Source of the DNA: Patescibacteria group bacterium
Lineage (GTDB): Bacteria > Patescibacteriota > WWE3 > UBA101185 > UBA10185
NCBI GenBank assembly: GCA_049297375.1
Contig: JBAQUF010000007.1
Coordinates: 1-34,941 of the forward strand
Direction: 5' to 3'
DNA length: 34,941 bases
Shown: piece after piece, positions 25,928 to 33,669 of the stretch
Numbering within the stretch: the stretch's first letter is position 1
Layout of the letters: each line of letters opens with the position of its first letter
The notes under the pieces: generated by a model
Database searches by the model: none
The model's input: the letters and a program-made list of their open reading frames with translations, nothing else
Told to the model about the DNA's origin: nothing
Translations under genes and position numbers: made by a program

Positions 25928-27784
25928 TTACATCAATCGCTTAGATCCACTATTTCTTCTATTCTCTCTCATTCTTTGAGTTGAATTTAAAATCTTTTTC
26001 CTTAACCTTAAGTTGTGTGGTGTAATTTCTAAAAGTTCGTCGTTTTCTAGAAATACTAAACATTGTTCTAGACTCATAATTACCGGTGGAATAAGAGCAA
26101 CAGAAACTCCTTCTCCTGAAGATCTATTGTTAGTTAGTTGTTTTTCTTTACATACGTTTATTTCTAAGTCTTCGTCTCTGCCATTTAAACCTACTATCAT
26201 ACCTTCATACACTCTTTGCTGAGGTGACACAAAAATAGGTCCTTTTGATTGTGCTGCAATCAGCCCATATGGAGCAGTGTTACCTGAAGCAGATGCAATA
26301 AGCACTCCTTTTCTTAGCTTTTGGATTGGAGGCCCCATTTTATCGTATCTTAAAAAGTTTGAGCTCATAATGGCAGTCCCTTTTGACAAGGTAAGTAAAT
26401 TACTTCTTAATCCCAAGATTCCTCTTGTGCTTATCTCATAAACTAAGCGGGTAGATTCACTTGTTAATTCTTCTTGAGATATTAATACTCCACGTCTTTG
26501 ACCAATTTCACTTTTGACATTTCCAACATAATTATTCCCAACATCAATGGTTAGTTCTTCCATTGGTTCCATCTCTACCCCATCTACAAATTTTGTTAGT
26601 ACTGTAGGTCTACCTACACTAAGTTCAAAGTTTTCCCTTCTTAGTGTTTCCAAAAAAACTGATAAGTGTAATTCTCCTCTTCCAGAGATTACAAATATGT
26701 CATCATTTGATTTTTTAAATCTCATTGCTACGTTTGTTTGCATTTCCCGTTCTATTCTTTCTAAAATGTGTCTACTGGTAAAAAACTTCCCTTCCTGACC
26801 CATAAATGGGGATGTATTAGGACTAACAGATATACTTAATGTTGGTTCATCTATCTTGATGGTTGGAAGAGCTTCAGGAGTGGTTGAATCTGCTACAGTG
26901 TCCCCTATCCCTGCATTTTTTATTCCTGTTATAGCAACTATTTCTCCTGATTCAGCACTGTTTACTTCTGTTCTTTTTAAACCTTGATTAATAAATATTT
27001 TCTCAATAACAGTGTCTTCTTTTTCCCCATTTGATTTTAATAAAGTTACAGACATACCTACTTTTGCTATCCCCCTGTGGATTCTTCCTATTGCATACTT
27101 TCCTTTGAAATTATCCCAATCAAGTGTACTTACTAACATTTGGAATGGTGCATCATCGTTTTTAGTAGGAGCTGGGATATGTTTTAATATTTCTTCAAAT
27201 ATAGGTGATAAATCTGAATTAGGATCTGAATCTATTGTGGTTACTGCATCACCAACTATTTCTTTCCAAGATTGTCCGTTTCTTCCTACTGCATAAAGTA
27301 TAGGGAAATCTAGTTGCTCATTAGTTGTTGCTAGTTCTAAAAAGAGATTATCAATTTTCTTTAATGTTTCTGCAATTCTCACGTGTTTTTTATCAATTTT
27401 ATTAATAATTACAATGATTTTTAAACCCATATCAAATGCTTTTTTTAATACAAATTTAGTTTGAGGCATAGGACCTTCTTGAGCATCAACAAGAAGAAGT
27501 GCTCCATCTGCCATATTTAGTATTCTTTCTACTTCTCCACCAAAGTCTGAGTGCCCAGGAGTATCTATTATGTTTATTTTTGTATCTTTATAATTTACAG
27601 ATGTGTTTTTAGCTAAGATTGTTATTCCCCTTTCTCTTTCTTGATCATTTGAATCCATAATGAGACTTTGACTCATAAAAGATTCGTTATCTCTGAATGT
27701 TTTGGATTGCTTTAATAAACCATCAACTAGTGTGGTTTTTCCGTGATCAACATGTGCAATTATTGCTATATTTCTTAAATTCAT
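25928..27784 (-). CDS. typA: translational GTPase TypA/BipA
   Basis: 618 aa with N-terminus MNLRNIAIIAHVDHGKTTLVD, plus DTPGH and NKID motifs. It has an EF-G-like domain layout without domain IV and the BipA C-terminal domain. Confidence 0.93.
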   Translation of the reverse strand: MNLRNIAIIAHVDHGKTTLVDGLLKQSKTFRDNESFMSQSLIMDSNDQERERGITILAKNTSVNYKDTKINIIDTPGHSDFGGEVERILNMADGALLLVDAQEGPMPQTKFVLKKAFDMGLKIIVIINKIDKKHVRIAETLKKIDNLFLELATTNEQLDFPILYAVGRNGQSWKEIVGDAVTTIDSDPNSDLSPIFEEILKHIPAPTKNDDAPFQMLVSTLDWDNFKGKYAIGRIHRGIAKVGMSVTLLKSNGEKEDTVIEKIFINQGLKRTEVNSAESGEIVAITGIKNAGIGDTVADSTTPEALPTIKIDEPTLSISVSPNTSPFMGQEGKFFTSRHILERIEREMQTNVAMRFKKSNDDIFVISGRGELHLSVFLETLRRENFELSVGRPTVLTKFVDGVEMEPMEELTIDVGNNYVGNVKSEIGQRRGVLISQEELTSESTRLVYEISTRGILGLRSNLLTLSKGTAIMSSNFLRYDKMGPPIQKLRKGVLIASASGNTAPYGLIAAQSKGPIFVSPQQRVYEGMIVGLNGRDEDLEINVCKEKQLTNNRSSGEGVSVALIPPVIMSLEQCLVFLENDELLEITPHNLRLRKKILNSTQRMRENRRNSGSKRLM

Positions 27785-27795
27785 GGCAGTTGGTG

Positions 27796-27801
27796 ATTAT
27801 A
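27796..27801 (-). promoter_or_regulatory. -10 box TATAAT 11 nt before the typA ATG, no SD
   Basis: On the - strand: TATAAT, then caccaactgcc, then ATG at 27784. Confidence 0.45.
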
Positions 27802-27855
27802 CATGATATTGATGGAATAACTAATGGTAGATGGTGTTTGTAAAGTAAAAGGTAC

Positions 27856-27941
27856 TGGTGCCCGAGGCGGGAGTCGAACCCGCATGTCCATAAGGACACA
27901 ACATTTTAAGTGTTGCGTGTATGCCATTCCACCACTCGGGC
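27856..27941 (-). tRNA. tRNA-Leu (anticodon TAA), CCA encoded
   Basis: The reverse complement GCCCGAGTGGTGGAATGGCATACACGCAACACTTAAAATGTTGTGTCCTTATGGACATGCGGGTTCGACTCCCGCCTCGGGCACCA has anticodon loop CTTAAAA and a long variable arm. Confidence 0.9.
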
Positions 27942-27945
27942 ATTC

Positions 27946-28021
27946 TGGCGCACCTGGCGGGAATTGAACCCACGACCTTTTCCTTAGAAGGGAACTGCTC
28001 TATCCGCTGAGCTACAGGTGC
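27946..28021 (-). tRNA. tRNA-Arg (anticodon TCT), CCA encoded
   Basis: The reverse complement GCACCTGTAGCTCAGCGGATAGAGCAGTTCCCTTCTAAGGAAAAGGTCGTGGGTTCAATTCCCGCCAGGTGCGCCA has anticodon loop CTTCTAA. It lies 4 nt from tRNA-Leu. Confidence 0.88.
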
Positions 28022-28032
28022 AAGTATCCTCT

Positions 28033-28038
28033 ATTGTA
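28033..28038 (-). promoter_or_regulatory. candidate -10 (TACAAT) for the tRNA-Arg/tRNA-Leu pair
   Basis: On the - strand, TACAAT lies 11 nt upstream of the mature tRNA-Arg 5' end, with AT-rich upstream sequence. Confidence 0.4.
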
Positions 28039-28095
28039 TCTAATTTTATATAATTTTCCATAACTAGACGTTTTTGTAAATGTTATACTGAAAGT

Positions 28096-28268
28096 AACTT
28101 AGAGAAAGGAGACTTATGAAGATAAATACCCTCTTAGGTAATTTGTCCGGTGTATAACCAACAGATCGCTGTCGTCCCATTCTACCCATGGGAAAAAATG
28201 AATCGTGGGGGGTAATGTAATGATTCATTCACCTGAGCAAAGGGTAGTTTATTGCTCAGGTATTTTTA
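28096..28268 (+). ncRNA. candidate transcript unit 1 (unclassified small RNA or leader-like RNA with a 13-codon ORF)
   Basis: Extended -10 TGtTATACT at 28081-28089. AAGGAG followed by ATG at 28116 opens a 13-codon ORF. There are hairpins at 28176-28194 and at 28197-28229. An intrinsic terminator follows (10-bp stem 28231-28240 with 28252-28261, then atttttat). The start coordinate is estimated from the -10 position. Confidence 0.4.
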
Positions 28269-28350
28269 TGCTTCATAAGCCTAATATACAGTCTTTTTAA
28301 TCTACATCTTATAGTTTGACAAGATTTAAATATTATGATATATTTCCTCT

Positions 28351-28631
28351 ACTTAATCTCCACTCAGCCTAAATATAGGCTAATCTCAAGGTGGAAGGTT
28401 AATAGGGGCGTCCTCTATTAATTCTGATCTGTCCCCGCGACCTTAAAAGGAGGAGGAAGAGCCATGAACTGGCCCTAGCGATTCCACTTAGGTCAAATAG
28501 AAAAAAAAACAAAAAAGGTCCGTCTACCATAAACTGAGTTTAAATTATCATCTTAGCTTATGCGGACAAAACAATTTGAGGAGTTCGTAACAAACCAAGA
28601 TAAAAGTAGATTATCTTGGGTTATTTTTTTT
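28351..28631 (+). ncRNA. candidate transcript unit 2 (unclassified structured RNA, ~280 nt)
   Basis: Promoter: TTGACA (28316-28321), 17 nt spacer, TATATT (28339-28344). Several perfect or near-perfect hairpins follow. The terminal 9-bp hairpin (28595-28603 with 28611-28619) is followed by gtta plus eight T. There is no ORF above a few codons. Strand and ends are not proven. Confidence 0.4.
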
Positions 28632-28634
28632 ATG

Positions 28635-29882
28635 CTACTTTCTAGATCTTAAAATCTTCCCTATTTCTTGCTGAGGCATTCTAATCTTTCTTGGTACAGT
28701 TGCTAATGCAAATACTGCGGATGCAGAAAGAATAATACCTGTAGAAATAAAAGATAGACCATACCCCCACTTTTTAACAACAAATCCCAAGAAAATTGGA
28801 CCTATTGTATAAGCTAAATTTCCAGAAAACTGTCCAATACTTACAAGATCGTGTCCTGCTTCATCTAATCTTGTTACATAATCTTCAAACACAGCAAATA
28901 AAAGTATATTTGCAATATCTATAAAAACAGAAGTTAATAAAACTAAACCTAAGATAACAAATATATTATTTGAAATTCCAATCAAAGCTAAAGTAACACC
29001 AGCTAAAATTCCAGCAATGAAGGAAGTTCTTTTCTTTCCTAATGGTTTAAATATATATGGAATAACCCACCCTATAAACATGGTAGGAAGACAGTAAAAA
29101 ACTAAAAAGAGACTTCCCCACTTGCTTTGTTGTCTTAATTGTTCGGCATATAAAACTCCTGTTGACCAAAAAGCTACATCTAAAAGAGTTGTAGTAAATC
29201 CATAAATAACCAGAACCCATATTCTTTTTGTTAAAACCTTTAATATATTTAACTCTTTCCAGAAACTTCTGGGTTTTTCTCCTTCCCCTGCTTCTTTAGC
29301 ATGCTGTCTTCCAAACATTCCTATAAAGAAAAAGAATAATAGTACAGAAGCTGTAGTAAGTATTAAAGATGCATAAAGAGGAAGTTCGGTATTTTTAGTA
29401 AGTAAAAATACAGTAACAGCAGGACCTAACATATAAGAAGCTGATTGAAATATAGTCATGATAGCCCAAGCTTCTGTATTCTTTTGAACAGGTAAAAACC
29501 TATGAACAAAATCAAACTTTGAATAACTTCTAAGTTCGTAGTAAACGGACCACACAACCATAGCAAATACAAAAGGAGCTAAATCTCTTGGCAGGTATAG
29601 GAATATGAGAGGAAAAGCTACTGCAAATATCAACATCCAAATCATAAAGAATACATAGTTTCTTTTGTTGAAAAACTGAGCAATTATAAAATCAAAAAAC
29701 ATTCCAAAGAGAGAAGAAGTAGATAAAACTAGTCCTACAAGAAGTGCATCGTGTAACTTTTCTTGAACGATAACGGGAGCCATGTAAGACATAATTCCAT
29801 CATGAAGAGATACAAGAAAGATAATAAAAGAAAATACAAATAACGGAATATATGCTCTAAACTTTGGAGCAGGGACTTTCAT
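28635..29882 (-). CDS. MFS transporter
   Basis: 415 aa with about 12 TM helices in a 6+6 layout and a charged central loop (RQHAKEAGEGEKPRSFWKE). Confidence 0.8.
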   Translation of the reverse strand: MKVPAPKFRAYIPLFVFSFIIFLVSLHDGIMSYMAPVIVQEKLHDALLVGLVLSTSSLFGMFFDFIIAQFFNKRNYVFFMIWMLIFAVAFPLIFLYLPRDLAPFVFAMVVWSVYYELRSYSKFDFVHRFLPVQKNTEAWAIMTIFQSASYMLGPAVTVFLLTKNTELPLYASLILTTASVLLFFFFIGMFGRQHAKEAGEGEKPRSFWKELNILKVLTKRIWVLVIYGFTTTLLDVAFWSTGVLYAEQLRQQSKWGSLFLVFYCLPTMFIGWVIPYIFKPLGKKRTSFIAGILAGVTLALIGISNNIFVILGLVLLTSVFIDIANILLFAVFEDYVTRLDEAGHDLVSIGQFSGNLAYTIGPIFLGFVVKKWGYGLSFISTGIILSASAVFALATVPRKIRMPQQEIGKILRSRK

Positions 29883-29930
29883 GTAGTAATGATATCAGTT
29901 TAGAAAAAGATAAGGAAATAATTTATATCG

Positions 29931-30809
29931 TTACACCTTTTTACCTATCAGTAAAATATGTCCACTGGTTGCATATGATATGGGATGATTACACATAGAG
30001 TAATGAAGCTTCATCCAATTCTTCCATGCTTGAGGTTTTTTATATAACAAGTTTATTCCTTTTTGAGAGTGAGAACCAAAACCTTCTAATCCAACTCTAT
30101 CTATAATTTCTATTCCAGATCTTTCTACTAAACTATCTAATTCACTTGGTTCAAAGAAATGACAATACGACCTTGTACCATTTCCTGCACTACCTCCAAA
30201 CATATAGTCTTCACCCCTCATCCATAAATCTTCAAAATGTTTTGTCATTGCAATTTCATCGTGATAATACATAGACGCATCTATTACAACTCCGAACTTA
30301 CCCATAACAGATAAGAATATTGGTACTCCCTTCTTAGCCACTCTTTTTAACTCAGAAACAGCAATTTCTCTGTTTTCCTCTCCTTCTACGTGTGAGAGCG
30401 GACCACCTAAACATATTACTGCATCAAATGTATTATCTTTGAATTGAGATAAGTTAGTGATGGAGCCTTCAGTGACTTCCTTAACTTTACTTTTAATCCC
30501 CTGTCTTGATATTTGTCTTTTTGCAATTTCCAGTAATGCAGGGGTGTAGTCTAGTAGTACCATATCATAACCACTTTTAGCTAGGTAAATTGTATATCTA
30601 CCAGGACCTCCACCAGCATCTAAAATTAGTCCCTTCTTTGGTAAATACTTTTTCAGGAAATATAAAGTGGTGTCAAATTCAAGCCTATGAAAAGGATCTT
30701 TAACAAGTCTTTTCCATTCTCTTAAACTTGCTTTTTCATAGAACTTTTTAACAGTTGATTTTTCTTTATGCATAAAAATTGGAGTAGCAGTTGTGTCTGT
30801 CATCCACAT
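29931..30809 (-). CDS. class I SAM-dependent methyltransferase
   Basis: 292 aa with motif I ILDAGGGPGRYTIYLA, acidic post-I residue (LLDY), and motifs II/III FDAVICLGG. Confidence 0.82.
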   Translation of the reverse strand: MWMTDTTATPIFMHKEKSTVKKFYEKASLREWKRLVKDPFHRLEFDTTLYFLKKYLPKKGLILDAGGGPGRYTIYLAKSGYDMVLLDYTPALLEIAKRQISRQGIKSKVKEVTEGSITNLSQFKDNTFDAVICLGGPLSHVEGEENREIAVSELKRVAKKGVPIFLSVMGKFGVVIDASMYYHDEIAMTKHFEDLWMRGEDYMFGGSAGNGTRSYCHFFEPSELDSLVERSGIEIIDRVGLEGFGSHSQKGINLLYKKPQAWKNWMKLHYSMCNHPISYATSGHILLIGKKV

Positions 30810-30947
30810 AAGAAAGTATACTCCTGAAGCTAGAAATGAGACAGTATAAGACGGTAGTGGCTTAGCTTGATTTTAAGTACCTCCCGTAGTAACATCCGTG
30901 TAAATAAACTATATTCTGTCAAAATTAGACAAAGAGAGGATGCAAAA

Positions 30948-31577
30948 ATGGGTACGTTTAATATCAATGAAGTTGGGTTAGTGTTTGAACTTATTGGAAA
31001 TCTCCAGGGAGATAAAGGAGATGATTGGTTGAGAGAGTTGGGTAAGTTTCTTCAGGGTAGAAACACCTGGGATGGAGTAAGTGATCTCACAACAATTAAT
31101 ATTGGTATATGTGAAGACATCGGAGATTTAATTAAAAAATTTGAGTCTACAGAAGAAATTATGTATCTCAGCTTCAATGGTAATGTTGTGAGGAAAAGAA
31201 TTGCAAGCATTACACCTAGTAAAAAACCATTTCAACTTGATCTGATAACAATAACGCCAGAAGATTTAGGTCTTGGAAGGCATTTTGACTGCTCTGAGTG
31301 GAAGTCTATCTGTGAAGCTGCAGTTAAAAGAGGTTTTATTATTTGTCCAGAAGAGGCTGTACTACAACTTCAAGTAAAATATAGGGGGAAAAATCTGATT
31401 GTTATTACACAGCCAACCTTATCTACTGAACCTGTAGATTACAAAAAACTATGGTTGTACGACGTAGGAGATAATGGGGGCGGACATTGTCGTATAGTTG
31501 CAGCTCCTGAAGAGGGTGTATTAGCCAATTATGCTGAATGTGTATTCGTACGATCTTTCAAGGAGATTGAATCGTAA
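30948..31577 (+). CDS. orphan hypothetical protein, G+C-richer than surroundings
   Basis: I prefer the ATG at 30948 (AGAGAGGA 7 nt upstream) to the tracked TTG at 30867. 209 aa, soluble, no recognised motif. It has its own terminator. Confidence 0.6.
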   Translation: MGTFNINEVGLVFELIGNLQGDKGDDWLRELGKFLQGRNTWDGVSDLTTINIGICEDIGDLIKKFESTEEIMYLSFNGNVVRKRIASITPSKKPFQLDLITITPEDLGLGRHFDCSEWKSICEAAVKRGFIICPEEAVLQLQVKYRGKNLIVITQPTLSTEPVDYKKLWLYDVGDNGGGHCRIVAAPEEGVLANYAECVFVRSFKEIES

Positions 31578-31607
31578 AAATACAAGGTTAGTGTTGAAAA
31601 GCATCTT

Positions 31608-31656
31608 AAAAATCCGCATTTTGCCATTTACTAACAAGACGCGGATTTTTTATTCA
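31608..31656 (+). terminator. rho-independent terminator
   Basis: Stem aaaaatccgc/gcggattttt (31608-17 with 31641-50), a long 23-nt loop, and a T-run. Confidence 0.6.
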
Positions 31657-31695
31657 TTAGTAATATCTCTTGAGTTGGTTGTAACTTTGAACTTC

Positions 31696-31771
31696 TGGAG
31701 CGACGGACCGGATTCGAACCGGCGACCTTCTCCTTGGAAGGGAGACGTTCTACCAACTGAACTACCGTCGC
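31696..31771 (-). tRNA. tRNA-Gly (anticodon TCC), CCA encoded
   Basis: The reverse complement is GCGACGGTAGTTCAGTTGGTAGAACGTCTCCCTTCCAAGGAGAAGGTCGCCGGTTCGAATCCGGTCCGTCGCTCCA. The anticodon loop is CTTCCAA. Confidence 0.92.
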
Positions 31772-31792
31772 AGGAATAAAATAATAGTAGCA

Positions 31793-32059
31793 CTATTCTA
31801 TATCTGAATCGAACTCATCATCAAAGCTTGGTTTATGAGGTTCTTCTATTCCAAAATCATCAAGTCCGTTTTCTAGTTCTGCTATATAGTCAATATCATT
31901 AATCTTAGCTTTTGGTTCCTTCTTCATTCCTAATGCTACCTTTACATCTTCTGGCAACTCTTCTTCTAACTCCTCCTCTTCTTCATGCTCTTGGCTCTTC
32001 TTAATAACTTTCTCTTTCTTTACTATTTTATTTTCTTTCTTTTTGTTTGTTTTTTTCAT
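31793..32059 (-). CDS. small, highly charged protein (basic N-terminus, acidic C-terminus)
   Basis: 88 aa starting MKKTNKKKENKIVKKEK, followed by an EEEEELEEELPED tract and a DDEFDSDIE tail. The low complexity makes the coding status less certain. Confidence 0.45.
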   Translation of the reverse strand: MKKTNKKKENKIVKKEKVIKKSQEHEEEEELEEELPEDVKVALGMKKEPKAKINDIDYIAELENGLDDFGIEEPHKPSFDDEFDSDIE

Positions 32060-32110
32060 AATTAGTTAGATAAACTTTATCAAATATTTTTAAATAACAC
32101 ATAAGTGTAA

Positions 32111-32122
32111 TACAATACTTTT
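32111..32122 (+). promoter_or_regulatory. -10 box TACAAT 6 nt before the trxB ATG (leaderless-type)
   Basis: TACAAT is at 32111-32116, followed by actttt, then ATG at 32123. No SD. Confidence 0.5.
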
Positions 32123-33091
32123 ATGATAGATTCAAGTACCATTTTTGATGTAATAGTATTAGGAAGCGGACCAGCTGGTTCTACAGCTGCTCTTTATGCT
32201 TCCAGAGCGTTCTTAAAAACACTTGTTATAGCAGGAAATCCAGCAGGAGGGCAGCTAACAACAACTACAAAAGTTGAGAACTTTCCAGGCTTTCCAGATG
32301 GTATTTCAGGATCTGAACTAATTGCTAATATTAGAAGCCAAATTGAAAAACACGGTGCTTTCTTTGTAGAAGAAAATGCAGTTAAAGTTTCTGGATCTTT
32401 TAAAGAAAATTTTAGTATAGAAACAGATTCAAGCAATGTTTATAAAGGAAAGGTGTTGATTATTGCAACAGGTGCTTCTGCAAAATGGTTGGGACTTGAA
32501 AGTGAACAAAGATTAATTGGAAAAGGAGTATCTGCTTGTGCAACGTGTGATGGGTTCTTCTTTAAGGATAAAGTTATAGCTGTAGTTGGTGGCGGAGATG
32601 CAGCTATGGAAGAATCTACATATCTTTCTAAATTTGCTTCAAAAATCTATGTTCTTGTTAGAGGAGATAAGGAAAAATTAAGAGCAAGCAAATTTATGCA
32701 AAAGAAAGCATTTGAAAATCCAAAAATAGAGTTTTTATTTAATACTGTAATTAAAGAAGTATTAGGAAAAGATATTTTGGAAGGAATAAGAGTAGTAAAT
32801 AATAAAAATGGTGAAGAAAAAGTTATGAACGATGTAAAGGGGTTATTTATTGCCATAGGACACACTCCAAATACTAAGTTTCTAGATGGCTTTGTGGAAC
32901 TTGATGAAAAAGGATACATAAAATCATACGAAAACAACAAAACATCAGCAGAAGGTGTTTATGTGGCTGGAGATGTACATGATTTTAGGTATAAACAAGC
33001 AATTACTGCTTCAGGCTTTGGATGTGAAGCAGCAATGGAAGCAATAAAGTTCTTATCTGATCATGGAGTAGAATCTTCTTCGGCGTACTAA
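32123..33091 (+). CDS. trxB: thioredoxin-disulfide reductase
   Basis: 322 aa with FAD motif VLGSGPAGSTAA, redox-active CATCDG, NADPH motif VVGGGDAAMEE, and C-terminal GDV...QAITA. Confidence 0.93.
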   Translation: MIDSSTIFDVIVLGSGPAGSTAALYASRAFLKTLVIAGNPAGGQLTTTTKVENFPGFPDGISGSELIANIRSQIEKHGAFFVEENAVKVSGSFKENFSIETDSSNVYKGKVLIIATGASAKWLGLESEQRLIGKGVSACATCDGFFFKDKVIAVVGGGDAAMEESTYLSKFASKIYVLVRGDKEKLRASKFMQKKAFENPKIEFLFNTVIKEVLGKDILEGIRVVNNKNGEEKVMNDVKGLFIAIGHTPNTKFLDGFVELDEKGYIKSYENNKTSAEGVYVAGDVHDFRYKQAITASGFGCEAAMEAIKFLSDHGVESSSAY

Positions 33092-33092
33092 A

Positions 33093-33617
33093 TTAAAATC
33101 CAGGTAGCTCTGGCTGCTCTGTTTCTTCAAGTCTCTCTCCTTCATTTATATTTTGTTGTGTTGTGTACGCATAAGGATTAACCACATAATAATATTCAAG
33201 CTTTAAATGTTCTTCATCTAAAAATGGGTACCCTACCCTTATGAAATACCATTTTCTTTTAGACTCATTATCAAATACTAAATCCATCTTTTTATCTATT
33301 TCTTTCTTGGATAGTCCTTCTTGTATTAATTGTTCCTCTATCCACTTCTTTGTTGCCATGTGAAAATGTCTTTGCTGTCCATTTGTTTCTTCTTTCCAAA
33401 TTAGCTTTGATGTTTCAATTGTGTCCTTTATTTCTGCAAAAGCAGGAGCATCCTCTGTTGGAACTATTATTTCTTCTTTAGATACACCTTCCACAGTCTT
33501 TTTAACCCTGTTACTTGTTATTTGATCAATTGTAATCTTTAGGCTTGATATTTTTCTTTCTTTATCTTCTTCTTCGGTTTGTATACCCTTATTGATAATT
33601 GCTTCCATTGAATTCAT
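33093..33617 (-). CDS. hypothetical protein
   Basis: 174 aa, soluble, charged, no recognised motif. It is convergent with trxB, with 1 nt between the stops. Confidence 0.55.
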   Translation of the reverse strand: MNSMEAIINKGIQTEEEDKERKISSLKITIDQITSNRVKKTVEGVSKEEIIVPTEDAPAFAEIKDTIETSKLIWKEETNGQQRHFHMATKKWIEEQLIQEGLSKKEIDKKMDLVFDNESKRKWYFIRVGYPFLDEEHLKLEYYYVVNPYAYTTQQNINEGERLEETEQPELPGF

Positions 33618-33669
33618 AACTTAATTTTACAACACATATAGCTTATGAGTCATATCTTATGTAAAATAT

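Noticed and set aside
28200-28415. Idea that the gap is a DGR template repeat matching a variable region in the nearby orphan genes (shared GTGGGGGG with 21850-21860; AAT.GGGGCG with 31475-31490)
   Set aside because: The matches are only 8-10 nt. There is no ~100-bp TR/VR alignment with adenine-specific mismatches, and no reverse transcriptase gene is in the window.
28022-28634. Assigning the ORF-free gap to SRP RNA, RNase P RNA, tmRNA or a T-box leader
   Set aside because: GGAGGAAGAGCCA (28452-28464) superficially resembles the SRP GGAAGCAGCCA strand, but there is no GNRA-capped helix 8 partner strand. AAAGGTCCG (28513-28522) resembles the RNase P P4 strand, but the ACAGAA-CCGGCTTA partner and other conserved regions are missing. 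There is no tRNA-like acceptor/T-arm for tmRNA. AGAGA and a G-run occur in unit 1, but there is no GGTGGTACCGCG T-box and no downstream aaRS gene. I therefore left it unclassified rather than naming it.
288-33000. Many 60-130-aa antisense or shadow ORFs inside long genes (for example 288-488, 1399-1584, 2782-3168, 4299-4520, 7368-7657, 10051-10353, 11003-11242, 11543-12256, 12865-14590, 15253-15486, 16176-16863, 20099-21009, 24608-25279, 26013-27296, 32194-32940)
   Set aside because: All lie opposite or out of frame within genes that have strong family signatures. Their products are low-complexity (Leu/Ser/Phe/Ile-rich), as expected from antisense reading of AT-rich coding DNA.
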